IMG/VR virus record: IMGVR_UViG_3300020202_000071 | Span: 1,754 to 65,753 of that record | Length of the DNA: 64,000 nt | Source of the DNA: a virus | Lineage: Duplodnaviria; Caudoviricetes | Strand: one strand, 5' to 3' | Shown here: piece after piece, positions 18,554 through 26,672 of the stretch | How positions within the stretch are numbered: the first letter of the stretch is position 1 | How the letters are laid out: each line of letters starts with the position of its first letter | Program-made: the position numbers and the translations under genes | Notes under the pieces: model-generated | Told to the model about the DNA's origin: nothing | The model's database searches: none | Seen by the model: the letters and a program-made list of their open reading frames with translations, nothing else

Positions 18554-18774
18554 TCAACCGCCGCGGATTTCTGCTGTCGCCGCTCGCGGCCATCCGCGTC
18601 CCGCCGCCGCCGGTGACGCTCATCGGCCATCTGACGCTGGCCGCGCGGCCAGGTGAAGGCTACTTCGCGATCGGCCAGCATGCCGCGTTGATGGTGAAGA
18701 CGGACGACACAGCCACGATTCGAGCCTTGGAGGCGATCTGCGATCGCGACGTGACGGTGACGGTAACGGGATGA
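18550..18774 (+). CDS. Hypothetical protein with twin-arginine-like leader
   Basis: N-terminus NRRGFLL; coupled to the upstream gene. Confidence 0.5.
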   Translation: MINRRGFLLSPLAAIRVPPPPVTLIGHLTLAARPGEGYFAIGQHAALMVKTDDTATIRALEAICDRDVTVTVTG

Positions 18775-18793
18775 ACGAAAGGCGGGTACGGCG

Positions 18794-19372
18794 ATGTCCT
18801 TTGTACGTGATGACGATCCTCCGGTGGCGGTGAGCGTGGCACTCGCGATCGCGATCACGTGCGGCGGGGCGATCGCGTGCCTGACCGGCTGCGCGCCGAC
18901 GGTCGTCCGTCGATCGCTGCAGATTCCGCACTTCGAATCCGGGTATGAGCCGACCGCCGGGGATGAGATGGGCTCAGCCTACCTGCAGCTGCACGATCGC
19001 CTGACGCAGTGGGGCATCGCGATCCATGAGCAGCCGCTGCGCCAGTTCGGCCTCGCGGATCTGCGCCGGGGCGTGATTCTGATCCGCGAGGGCCTGCCGA
19101 TCAACGCGCGGTTCGAGGTGCTCGCGCACGAAGCGGCGCATCTGTTCCAGCCGCCCGCGCTCGAGGACAGTTCCACCGCCCAAGTGTTCGCGGAGCTCGT
19201 CGCCGTCGAGATCGCCAAGTTCTACGGGCATGACGGGTACGTGGACATCTCCGCGCGCTACCTGGCGATGCACAAGCATGCGTTCGCGAGCGTGAAGTAC
19301 CTCGAGCGCGACGTGGCCTACGCGGTGAAAGTGCTGACCGGGCAACGGCCGCTGCCGCGGCGCGTGCCCTAG
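18794..19372 (+). CDS. Lipoprotein with ImmA/IrrE-like HExxH metallopeptidase domain
   Basis: Hydrophobic leader ending LTGC. RFEVLAHEAAH motif with a downstream Glu. Confidence 0.65.
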   Translation: MSFVRDDDPPVAVSVALAIAITCGGAIACLTGCAPTVVRRSLQIPHFESGYEPTAGDEMGSAYLQLHDRLTQWGIAIHEQPLRQFGLADLRRGVILIREGLPINARFEVLAHEAAHLFQPPALEDSSTAQVFAELVAVEIAKFYGHDGYVDISARYLAMHKHAFASVKYLERDVAYAVKVLTGQRPLPRRVP

Positions 19373-19611
19373 CTGGCGACGAGTTCGGCGCGCCGGACGC
19401 GGATCGGCGTGCCGAGCGGTCGGCCGCGGTGATCGGTGGGCTGTTCCCACACCCCCCGATCGCCGACGGACGCGAGGGCGATTGCGGTGTCCCGTTCCGT
19501 GATCGGCGCGCGCAGCAAGCGGCCCGATGTCGCGTCGTAGAGACACCACTGGCCGTCCGGCGCCACGCGGCGCAGGATCACATCGCCGGTGCGGGGCGCG
19601 TCGTGCGTCAT
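19369..19611 (-). CDS. Hypothetical protein
   Basis: ORF convergent with 18794-19372. Start is uncertain (19611 or 19647). Confidence 0.45.
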   Translation of the reverse strand: MTHDAPRTGDVILRRVAPDGQWCLYDATSGRLLRAPITERDTAIALASVGDRGVWEQPTDHRGRPLGTPIRVRRAELVAS

Positions 19612-19692
19612 CCAGGAGCCCTTTTGAGAGGGACGCGTCATTGTCACAGGTGAGTACGGAGCGCGGCAAGCTCAGGCGCGTATAGTGATCGC

Positions 19693-19924
19693 GATGGGGG
19701 AACAACCACCGGATCCGTGGCCCGCGCTCATGAAGTTCTCGACGCTCGCGCGGTACCTCGATTACGCGGGTAAGCACGCGCCAGATGCGGCGCGGAAGTT
19801 TGTCATCCGCCGACGCATTCCGAAGTTTTGGCGCGATGGCGCCTGGCTGGTGAAACGCGCCGATGTCGACGCGTCACTCAAGGGTCGTGTCTTTGAATCA
19901 CGGCCCTCGGACCGACGAAAGTAA
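19693..19924 (+). CDS. Excisionase-like winged-HTH protein
   Basis: MKFSTLARYL...AARKF...IPKFWRDGAWLVKRADVD (MerR/HTH_17-like). Adjacent to attP. TATAGT -10 at 19681. Confidence 0.7.
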
Positions 19925-20123
19925 TAGACGATGTTCGGTGGACGCTTTCCCAACGGCTTCGGGTTACTCGCGTCGGCGCACCTGGCCCTGCAACGGGGCG
20001 AGCCGCCGCAGCGCGTGCGTCGACCGCCCGCGATCGCCGTCGTCGAATGCCCTGGCTGCGGCTGGTCCGAGTGGGACGGCGCGTCGGAACATCCATGGCG
20101 CGGCGTCCGGTTCGCGCGCCCAA

Positions 20124-20374
20124 TGTGTTACGGCCAAGCCGTGTCAGAAACGTGTCACGAATCACGGCTACAGGGGGGCACGTCAGGGCGGCCAGATGTG
20201 GCAGAACTCGTAGAACTGGCCGAAAACTCGCAGGAACCGCCCGATCGCGTCATCAGCACACAGCCTTAGAAGGCCGGTGCTCTATCCAACTGAGCTACGG
20301 GCGCATACGGAATTTACGGGCTTTTTTGCGTGTTTTCGGCGTCGCCCGCGATCGACGTGTCACTGACGTGTCAC
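20124..20374. other. attP region: core in the tRNA-Arg anticodon loop, paired CGTGTCAS arm repeats and phased GAACT repeats
   Basis: CGTGTCAG/CGTGTCAC at 20140 and 20151; CGTGTCAC at 20356 and 20367 (both pairs 11 bp apart). Located between the xis-like gene and the integrase. Confidence 0.8.
20266..20304 (-). pseudogene. 5' half of tRNA-Arg(TCT) (att homology)
   Basis: Minus strand reads GCGCCCGTAGCTCAGTTGGATAGAGCACCGGCCTTCTAA: acceptor 5' strand, D-arm and anticodon loop. No T-arm follows. Confidence 0.88.
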
Positions 20375-21458
20375 CGAAGTCGTCCGTGAACACCGTGCGA
20401 TCCATGCCAAGGTACTCCATCATCTGATCGAGCGACGTCCACCCGCCGATCATCTGGACTGTGCGGATGTCGATCTGAAACTCACGCAGCATCCGCGTGG
20501 CGCCGCTCGCCCGCGTCGCCGTGTGCCAGACGATGCCGCCATTCCTGATGCCCCACGGCACGTCGGCGGCCTTCGCGGCCTGCTGCACCCGCCGGAGGAA
20601 CCGTCGGCGCGGCACGGCCGGATCCTCGGCCTTCGCAAACGCCTCCTGCCAGTCTGGGAAGAAATAGCCGGTGTGCGTCTTCGGCCAGCGCCGCTTGAGG
20701 ACTGCGGCCGCGCGCGTCTGCAAGGGCGTCGGGCCGGTGAGCGGGATCTGATGCGGGCCCGTCTTCGTCAGGAGCGCCAGACGATCACCGCGGTGACTCG
20801 CGCGTTGCAGGTTGATCAGCGGTTCTTGGCGCAGCAGCGTGCCGACACCGACGACGTAGAGATCGTGGATCTCACGATCGAGCCGCTTGAGTGCGGCGAG
20901 GAACGGACGTTCTTCCTCGCGCGTGAGCGTGCGCTTGGCCGGCAGCTTGTCGCGTTTGCGTTTCACGGTGCCGAGAGCGTGTGCCTTGATCCACTCACCG
21001 ACCGCCGACTTGAGAATGGACTTCATTACGGCGAGCTCGGTGCCGACCGTCGTGACCGTGACGCCGTCCGCTAGGCGATCAGTCTCGTACTCGGACCAGC
21101 GCGCCGGCGTGATGTCGACGAGACTGATGTCGCCGAACGCGTCGATCAGGCGCTGAATGCGGAGCGCCTCCTGCACCTTCCCGCGATGTTTCGGCGTCTC
21201 GTGCGTGAGATACCACTGCGCCTGCGCGCGAAAGGTGCGACCGCCGCTGACTTGCGGGAGATCGAAACGCTGGCGAGCAGCATCACCGAGCATAGCGTCG
21301 TACGCGAGTTGCGCGAGGCGGCGGTTCTCTTTGGTTTGCTCAGGGTCGGCCGCCTTGACGAGGATCTTGGTGGACACGCGGGTGCGCCCTCGCTGGCCTT
21401 TTCGCTTCGGCAGGTTCAGCCAGTAATACTGGCTATCGGGACGCGTGACGACGCCCAT
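20295..21458 (-). CDS. int: Tyrosine recombinase (phage integrase)
   Basis: Catalytic set TLLR, TKT, WHTATR and GGW...EY. N-terminal arm-binding-like region. Overlaps attP. Confidence 0.9.
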   Translation of the reverse strand: MGVVTRPDSQYYWLNLPKRKGQRGRTRVSTKILVKAADPEQTKENRRLAQLAYDAMLGDAARQRFDLPQVSGGRTFRAQAQWYLTHETPKHRGKVQEALRIQRLIDAFGDISLVDITPARWSEYETDRLADGVTVTTVGTELAVMKSILKSAVGEWIKAHALGTVKRKRDKLPAKRTLTREEERPFLAALKRLDREIHDLYVVGVGTLLRQEPLINLQRASHRGDRLALLTKTGPHQIPLTGPTPLQTRAAAVLKRRWPKTHTGYFFPDWQEAFAKAEDPAVPRRRFLRRVQQAAKAADVPWGIRNGGIVWHTATRASGATRMLREFQIDIRTVQMIGGWTSLDQMMEYLGMDRTVFTDDFGDTSVTRRSRATPKTRKKARKFRMRP

Positions 21459-21782
21459 CGCTACGAGTTGGCCCTGCAACGGTTCGCCACGCCATCAAGG
21501 AGGTTGGCATGACGGAACACCTGAAACGCCCTGATGTGGCCCGAGAAGACACCGAGCGGCTGCGTGACCGTCTGGTAGCCGAGCCAGACCGCGTTCGCGA
21601 GCCGGTCGTCGATTGGCCGGAGTTGTATCGGCGTCTGTGGCAGGTGAAGCTCCGATACTTTCACCCAGACAACCGCTGAGTCCTTGGAGCGGTCGCGGTC
21701 GACGGCGCGCTGGCGTCGTGGTGCCGACGCCCTATACTGTCCGTAGGCTCTCCCCGAGCGCGTTGCAGGAGAGGTGTGAACC

Positions 21783-22220
21783 ATGGCAGGATACGCAGGC
21801 AACCCGACGTTCCCTATGGCCAAACAGCTCAACGTTAGCTTCAACCTCGACGGTGTCATCCGTGAGGACAAGGACACGAATTGCTTCGTGTCGTACTGCC
21901 CCGCGCTTGATCTGTACTCGGCCGGGCGCACCCGCCCAGAGGCCAGGGCCGCGCTGCAGAGCGCGATCGACCTGTTCGTCCGCCTCGGGTACGAACGCAA
22001 CATCCTTGGCCGGTTGCTCCACGACAAGGGCTTCGAGCCATTACCCGTTGGGGCACTGCTGCCTGAACTCGGTGCCGATGCCCGCAACACGATCGTGATC
22101 ACCGAGGACGCCCGCTTCGAGACGTACGACGACACGTTCAAGGTGACCGTCCCACTCAACCTCATCGCGGCTGCGGCCGCCGGTTCGACGCAGGTGCCGA
22201 CATCGTGTCGCCCGCAGTAA
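21783..22220 (+). CDS. hicB: HicB-like antitoxin
   Basis: FVSYCPALDLYSAGRTRPEARAALQSAI (partial RNase H fold of HicB). TATACT at 21733 and GAGG RBS upstream. Confidence 0.75.
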   Translation: MAGYAGNPTFPMAKQLNVSFNLDGVIREDKDTNCFVSYCPALDLYSAGRTRPEARAALQSAIDLFVRLGYERNILGRLLHDKGFEPLPVGALLPELGADARNTIVITEDARFETYDDTFKVTVPLNLIAAAAAGSTQVPTSCRPQ

Positions 22221-22474
22221 CGCCGCTCGCGCCCAGCGCGATCAAACAACTGCTCGAGGATCACGGCTACGAACTGGTCGGCGCCGACGACTACAACTGG
22301 GCCTTTGCGAAGAGCGTCACCGAGGAGCCGGTCTTTGTGCCGCATAAGATCGACCTCGTGCCGCTCGAAATCGCGTTCCACGTGGCGAAGCGCGTCGGTT
22401 TCAACGAGTACCTCACGGCGGTAACCAATGCCGCCGCGCCAGGCTCCACGTCCAGCAGGGCGCCAGACGCGTAA
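22205..22474 (+). CDS. HicA-like protein (dsRBD fold), canonical GSH motif absent
   Basis: IKQLLEDHGYELV....NWAF....VFVPH pattern, overlapping hicB. Confidence 0.55.
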   Translation: MSPAVTPLAPSAIKQLLEDHGYELVGADDYNWAFAKSVTEEPVFVPHKIDLVPLEIAFHVAKRVGFNEYLTAVTNAAAPGSTSSRAPDA

Positions 22475-22488
22475 GCGCGCCGACGCGG

Positions 22489-22761
22489 TCACAACTCTTC
22501 CGCCACGCGCCAGCCGCGCACTTCGTACTCGCGCATCGACGCGCGCGCGAGATCATGCACGGCAGCACCGTCCCGCACAATCTGTGACCAGTGCAGATCC
22601 CATGACCCATCGTGCCTTGTGATGTAGATCACGAGCTCCACGCCGATCGGCGCGATCCGCGTCCGCGCCTCGACCTTCCGGGTGTCCTTCACCAGCGTCC
22701 AGAGCACGAACTCTTCGCGGTGCGTCGTGTTCGGTGGGGGATCAACGAGGCGGATCGTCAT
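22489..22761 (-). CDS. Hypothetical protein
   Basis: Leftward operon; ATGA overlap with the upstream gene. Confidence 0.55.
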   Translation of the reverse strand: MTIRLVDPPPNTTHREEFVLWTLVKDTRKVEARTRIAPIGVELVIYITRHDGSWDLHWSQIVRDGAAVHDLARASMREYEVRGWRVAEEL

Positions 22762-23030
22762 TGGTGGATGTGAAAGGTCACCGGACAGATCGATCGTCCG
22801 CCGACCATTACCGGCGTGCCGCGGGTTGTTATGACCACACGAAGTGTCGTGCCGTCCTGAAGTGTCAGGGTGTCGGCCTCATTGGTGTCGGTCTGGTGGC
22901 TGAGCGCGTCCGATGTGGGGTTCATCGCCTCGATGCTGCCCTCGCGTGCGTCGTGCGCGAGAAACACCATTCCTTCAAAGAGGACATCGGTCGACGACCC
23001 TCGGAAGATGCGTCCAAATTGTTTCGCCAT
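22758..23030 (-). CDS. Hypothetical protein
   Basis: Leftward operon with AGGA RBS. Confidence 0.5.
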   Translation of the reverse strand: MAKQFGRIFRGSSTDVLFEGMVFLAHDAREGSIEAMNPTSDALSHQTDTNEADTLTLQDGTTLRVVITTRGTPVMVGGRSICPVTFHIHQ

Positions 23031-23041
23031 ACGTCCTGCCC

Positions 23042-23470
23042 CTACCGCGGGGTCCGCTTCGCTTCTTTAGCGAGCGCGGCATCGGCCTCTGCGAGCAGGG
23101 CATCAATGTCGGCCAGTGAACGACTCGGCGGCTTCAGGTCAAGGTCCGACACGCGACGCCGTCGTGCCGCGGAATTCGCCTCTATCCTCGCTGCGGCCTC
23201 TGTCGCCGCTTCGGCTCGCGCCGCTTCGGAGATCCAGACACCCAGTTCGTGGCCGGCAACTGGAATGAACGATCCCCACTGCGAGCGACCCGTCCAGCGA
23301 TCGATCCGGATGTACGCGGCGTGGTCGCCACCTGGATCACGCCACTCGTAGCGCGGAAAGGCCGCGTGGCACAGCACGGCGGCGACGATCAGGGCGATGC
23401 CGAGCCACCAATCACGACGCGTGATGTGAGCATCACCTGATCGAAACCGTCCCGCCGTACTGGTTATCAT
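23042..23470 (-). CDS. Membrane-anchored protein (IRIDRWTG motif, C-terminal amphipathic helix)
   Basis: Single TM segment WWLGIALIVAAVL. Confidence 0.6.
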   Translation of the reverse strand: MITSTAGRFRSGDAHITRRDWWLGIALIVAAVLCHAAFPRYEWRDPGGDHAAYIRIDRWTGRSQWGSFIPVAGHELGVWISEAARAEAATEAAARIEANSAARRRRVSDLDLKPPSRSLADIDALLAEADAALAKEAKRTPR

Positions 23471-23476
23471 CGATTT

Positions 23477-23983
23477 TCACCGTCGCGGTCGCTGCGTTTC
23501 TTCCGTAGACCCGCTGGCACCGACGGTGTTTGCCGACGTCATCACCAATGCATAAAACCCTATCGAGGCTGCGATGGCCAGCGCCGGGAAGCAGTCAAAC
23601 CAAATCGCCTCAAAATTGAGTGAGGGCCCCCACCAGTTCCACGACTGCACCCACGGCCACAAGTCTGCGTATTGGCGTTCGGCCACCCACTGCTCGCCGT
23701 TATGGCTAATCCATGGGTAGAGGCTGACGAACCATAAGCCCCAGCTCGCAAACCACCACACCTTGAACACGGTTGTGTGTCGCCTCTCGCGGCCGATTGC
23801 AGCAAAGCCGCAATAGGCCAACAACAAAGGACCGGCGTCTCGCCAAATAAACGAGTCGGACAGCACGGGAATCGTTAGTAACAGGACGTGTGAACAGTGT
23901 AGCCAACGATGCGCGACGTGCATCGCAGCGTGGACTGGTATCGCTGCGTCTGTGCTGCCAACGCCCCGTAGAGCGCGAGCCAT
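23477..23983 (-). CDS. Multi-pass membrane protein
   Basis: Trp/Phe-rich hydrophobic segments and lower GC. Start is uncertain. Confidence 0.45.
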   Translation of the reverse strand: MARALRGVGSTDAAIPVHAAMHVAHRWLHCSHVLLLTIPVLSDSFIWRDAGPLLLAYCGFAAIGRERRHTTVFKVWWFASWGLWFVSLYPWISHNGEQWVAERQYADLWPWVQSWNWWGPSLNFEAIWFDCFPALAIAASIGFYALVMTSANTVGASGSTEETQRPRR

Positions 23984-24390
23984 TGGTCCTGCGTCCGCTG
24001 CTTGGCGGCCAAGTCTTCAATGCGAAGTCGGAGAAGTTCAATCGCGAACTCGACATCCAGTTCGCGATTAGGCACGCCACTCGGCCGCACGAACCCGACC
24101 TGCTGATTCTTCCCGTGCTCAGGGCAAATCCGTAGTGGAGGAGCCTCGGCCTCAGCGCCGCTCACCCATCGGGCGAGAACGGGCTTGAGCGGCTCGCACG
24201 TCTTAAACCTCCCAGGCACGAGATACTCCAGCGTGACGGGCATCGGCCCCCACGCGCGGCCGTCTTCATAAAGCGTGGCACCGGGCGGGTCTGAGACGTA
24301 CGTCACCTTGACCTTTGTGTCGGCCACGAGAGACGCACCAGCAAATCCGGTGAACGCAGCAACGAGCAGCACATGAATAAATTGACTCAT
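23875..24390 (-). CDS. Secreted PEGA-like domain protein
   Basis: Signal peptide; SDPPGATLYEDG..WG..PVTL; C-terminal CTSRIVGYTVHTSC. Confidence 0.7.
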   Translation of the reverse strand: MSQFIHVLLVAAFTGFAGASLVADTKVKVTYVSDPPGATLYEDGRAWGPMPVTLEYLVPGRFKTCEPLKPVLARWVSGAEAEAPPLRICPEHGKNQQVGFVRPSGVPNRELDVEFAIELLRLRIEDLAAKQRTQDQWLALYGALAAQTQRYQSTLRCTSRIVGYTVHTSCY

Positions 24391-24461
24391 GACTCACTTC
24401 GCGAAAGCGTTCGTTGCCTGTGCGATGAGGAGAATCGGTCACCGTGGACTCAGCGTTGGCG

Positions 24462-24992
24462 TCATTGCCGATTCCCGTTGAATGGGCCGCTCAGTGTCAG
24501 CACACCGACCCCAGTTCTGGTACCAGCAATAAAAACATTCCACGTTTCAGATGATGTGCCGCTTGCAGAGTTGCCGGTCACAGTCGCTGTGATCGAGCGT
24601 GAGATCATTTCGAGATCGCGCCGCGCACCATTCGGGCACGTGGCACCGGTGATGATTCCAACATCGCAGCGCGTCCAGTTCAGCGTCACTGACGAAGCCC
24701 CGGCCGTGCCGTTGTAGTCGCACGTCAAGCCAGAACTGGAATTAGTAGCGCGAGCGCTGAGAGTGCCGCCGCTCTGTGTCACGCTCATCGTGCCGGCCTC
24801 GACTGCGCCAATCGTTGCTTGTAGCAATGGGCCGACGCATTCGCCGCCAGCCACGGTTGCGAGGCGAGCGCTGTAGCTCCAGAGACCAGCGATCTGCACA
24901 AACGATGGAGCAGATGGCCCCGTTGGTGAGTTCTTGCCGCAGCTCACGGAGCCTACGAGAGTCGCAATCAGTAATAGGACACGTGTGGTCAC
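24462..24992 (-). CDS. Lipoprotein (beta-rich, disulfide-containing)
   Basis: AGGAG RBS; lipobox VSC followed by GKNSPTGPS linker. Confidence 0.75.
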   Translation of the reverse strand: MTTRVLLLIATLVGSVSCGKNSPTGPSAPSFVQIAGLWSYSARLATVAGGECVGPLLQATIGAVEAGTMSVTQSGGTLSARATNSSSGLTCDYNGTAGASSVTLNWTRCDVGIITGATCPNGARRDLEMISRSITATVTGNSASGTSSETWNVFIAGTRTGVGVLTLSGPFNGNRQ

Positions 24993-25099
24993 TTGTCGCT
25001 CTCCTGAAAAACACCGCCGGGGGGTGACGTGCTCGGTGCGACTGTTGTTTCCGCGTGATGCGTTTACCTGTTTCTGTGTTTCACCGTGACGACCCTTCG

Positions 25100-25324
25100 T
25101 TACGGTCCTCTTCCTTCAAGATCGGCCACGGCGTCATCAACCAACTTTTCGATCACGTCGACGTACGCGGGTCTGCGTCGTCTCAGGAGCTCCAGATTGG
25201 CTGCGAATCTCGTGCTCGGCGATGAGCTCAATGAGTCGGTTGGCGATACGGCGGCTTTCGAGAACGAATTCCCGGTAGTGCGGTTCGAAACGATCACTTT
25301 CAAGGCCGGCCGACGCTGGGACAT
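25100..25324 (-). CDS. Small protein overlapping the 3' half of the repressor gene
   Basis: GGAGG 5 nt before ATG 25324; helical C-terminus. Confidence 0.45.
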   Translation of the reverse strand: MSQRRPALKVIVSNRTTGNSFSKAAVSPTDSLSSSPSTRFAANLELLRRRRPAYVDVIEKLVDDAVADLEGRGP

Positions 25325-25574
25325 CGGAGCCTCCTTCCTTCGAAGCGGTCTGTTGTGCGCGAAGTTGATAACCGTCGATGCCGCCGAGAATCTCATCGGT
25401 CGAGCAATTCAGCGCCGTCGCGAGCTTGATCAGCGTCCGCATGTTGAGCGTCTTCCTGCGGTTGTTTTCCCAATCCCAGATCCGCTGAGGCTTCATCTTC
25501 ATCGCCTCCGCGAGATCGGTCTGGGAGAGCTTTGCTCGCTCTCGGAGGCGCTTGATGTTCTCCCCGAGGGCCAT
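25137..25574 (-). CDS. CI-like XRE-family repressor
   Basis: LGENIKRLRERAKLSQTDLAEAM...IWDWENN...LIKLATALNCSTDEIL. Divergent from the cro-like gene. Confidence 0.88.
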   Translation of the reverse strand: MALGENIKRLRERAKLSQTDLAEAMKMKPQRIWDWENNRRKTLNMRTLIKLATALNCSTDEILGGIDGYQLRAQQTASKEGGSDVPASAGLESDRFEPHYREFVLESRRIANRLIELIAEHEIRSQSGAPETTQTRVRRRDRKVG

Positions 25575-25640
25575 CGCGGCGCCCAGCATAGGCGCACGTT
25601 CTGAAACGTGTAAAGCAGTAAATGGTTGAGCCGTCACGAC

Positions 25641-25704
25641 TTACGCCAAAAGGAGTAAATTTACACCAATAGGGTTGACAACGTTACGCCGCTAGGCGTA
25701 TTGT
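25641..25704. promoter_or_regulatory. Three 18-bp operators (TTACRCC-N4-GG...) overlapping the rightward promoter TTGACA-18-TATTGT
   Basis: TTACGCCAAAAGGAGTAA at 25641, TTACACCAATAGGGTTGA at 25661, TTACGCCGCTAGGCGTAT at 25684. -35 at 25675, -10 at 25699. Confidence 0.85.
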
Positions 25705-25711
25705 TCTGCCC

Positions 25712-25972
25712 ATGCCGTTGACGGATGCGCAGATTGAGGAACTGGCCAATACGCCCGTCGGGTCGACGGGTAACCGCCTCGCGCGGGCGATCGAGATGCT
25801 CGGTGTCCGGCAGATCGATGTCGCCGAAGCGACTGGGCTCGCGCAGCCATACATCTCGGATGTCGTCCGTGGTCGTCACGAGACGATCACCGTTGAAAAC
25901 GCGCACAAGTTCGCGCGGTTCACGGGCGCCGACATCAAGATTCTGTTCCCCGAGAAAGCGGTGGCGGCCTAG
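25712..25972 (+). CDS. Cro-like XRE HTH regulator
   Basis: RQIDVAEATGLAQPYISDVVRG HTH. First gene downstream of the promoter. Confidence 0.85.
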   Translation: MPLTDAQIEELANTPVGSTGNRLARAIEMLGVRQIDVAEATGLAQPYISDVVRGRHETITVENAHKFARFTGADIKILFPEKAVAA

Positions 25973-26222
25973 TCATGGCTCTCCATCTCTCGCAACAGTC
26001 GCAGATCATCCGCCAGCGCCGCGCTCGCTCGACGCAGTCGCACCTGCAGGCGCCCCAATTGGCGAATGCGTCGCCGCACCCGCGTCACGGCGATCGCGGT
26101 GATGTCGGCCCGCGGTGGACTCCCACTGCTCATGTCCTGAATCAGCGTCCACAACTGCCGCAGGTGCGGCGGGAGGTTGGGCTCGCCCTCGGCGATCGTC
26201 GTCGGCGCGCGGAGGGCGGGCG

Positions 26223-26672
26223 ATGAAGGCGCGGGTCTTGGCCATGCGTGGGATGTCATCGCCGATGAGTCTGCCGAGCGGACCCGTACCAACGCACGTC
26301 CATTCGGTCGCGACCAGTACCAAAACCGTTGGTACTCGCCTCGAGCTGACAGAGGCCGTGTGCGACGCGATCGCCGCCCTGGACTGGAAAGACGGCTTCG
26401 TGGCGGCCGCGCAAAAACTCGATCCGTCCGTGTGGTCGAAGCAGAAGACGCGGAAAGACGGCTACGGCATTCGCCTCGACAAGCTCGAACAGCTCCCCCC
26501 GGAGTTTCTCCCGGAACTCGTGCGCGCCCTCGCCGCGCGCGCGGGTCTGCGTGTCGTGGAAGCCGATCGCAAGCGTCGTGCGCTCGCGCGGGCGATGCCG
26601 CTGTTGATGGAACTGTTTCAGGAACTCGCCGACGAGGCGCCTGACGACGTCCGTGAGCGGAGGCGCGCATGA
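26223..26672 (+). CDS. CII-position regulator (putative)
   Basis: HTH-like segment (AAAQKLDPSVWSK) and synteny. Start is uncertain. Confidence 0.45.
   Translation: MKARVLAMRGMSSPMSLPSGPVPTHVHSVATSTKTVGTRLELTEAVCDAIAALDWKDGFVAAAQKLDPSVWSKQKTRKDGYGIRLDKLEQLPPEFLPELVRALAARAGLRVVEADRKRRALARAMPLLMELFQELADEAPDDVRERRRA

Noticed and set aside
19931-20269. 112-aa ORF next to the integrase
   Set aside because: It runs through the attP repeats and has no recognisable motif or RBS; probably non-coding.
20230-20304. Complete tRNA-Arg gene
   Set aside because: Similarity stops at the anticodon loop; there is no T-arm or 3' acceptor strand. Treated as att homology.
21461-21730. Minus-strand ORF immediately upstream of int (3' part of 21461-22492)
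   Set aside because: Most of the ORF is antisense to hicB/hicA. A short real gene is possible, but no start or motif can be supported.
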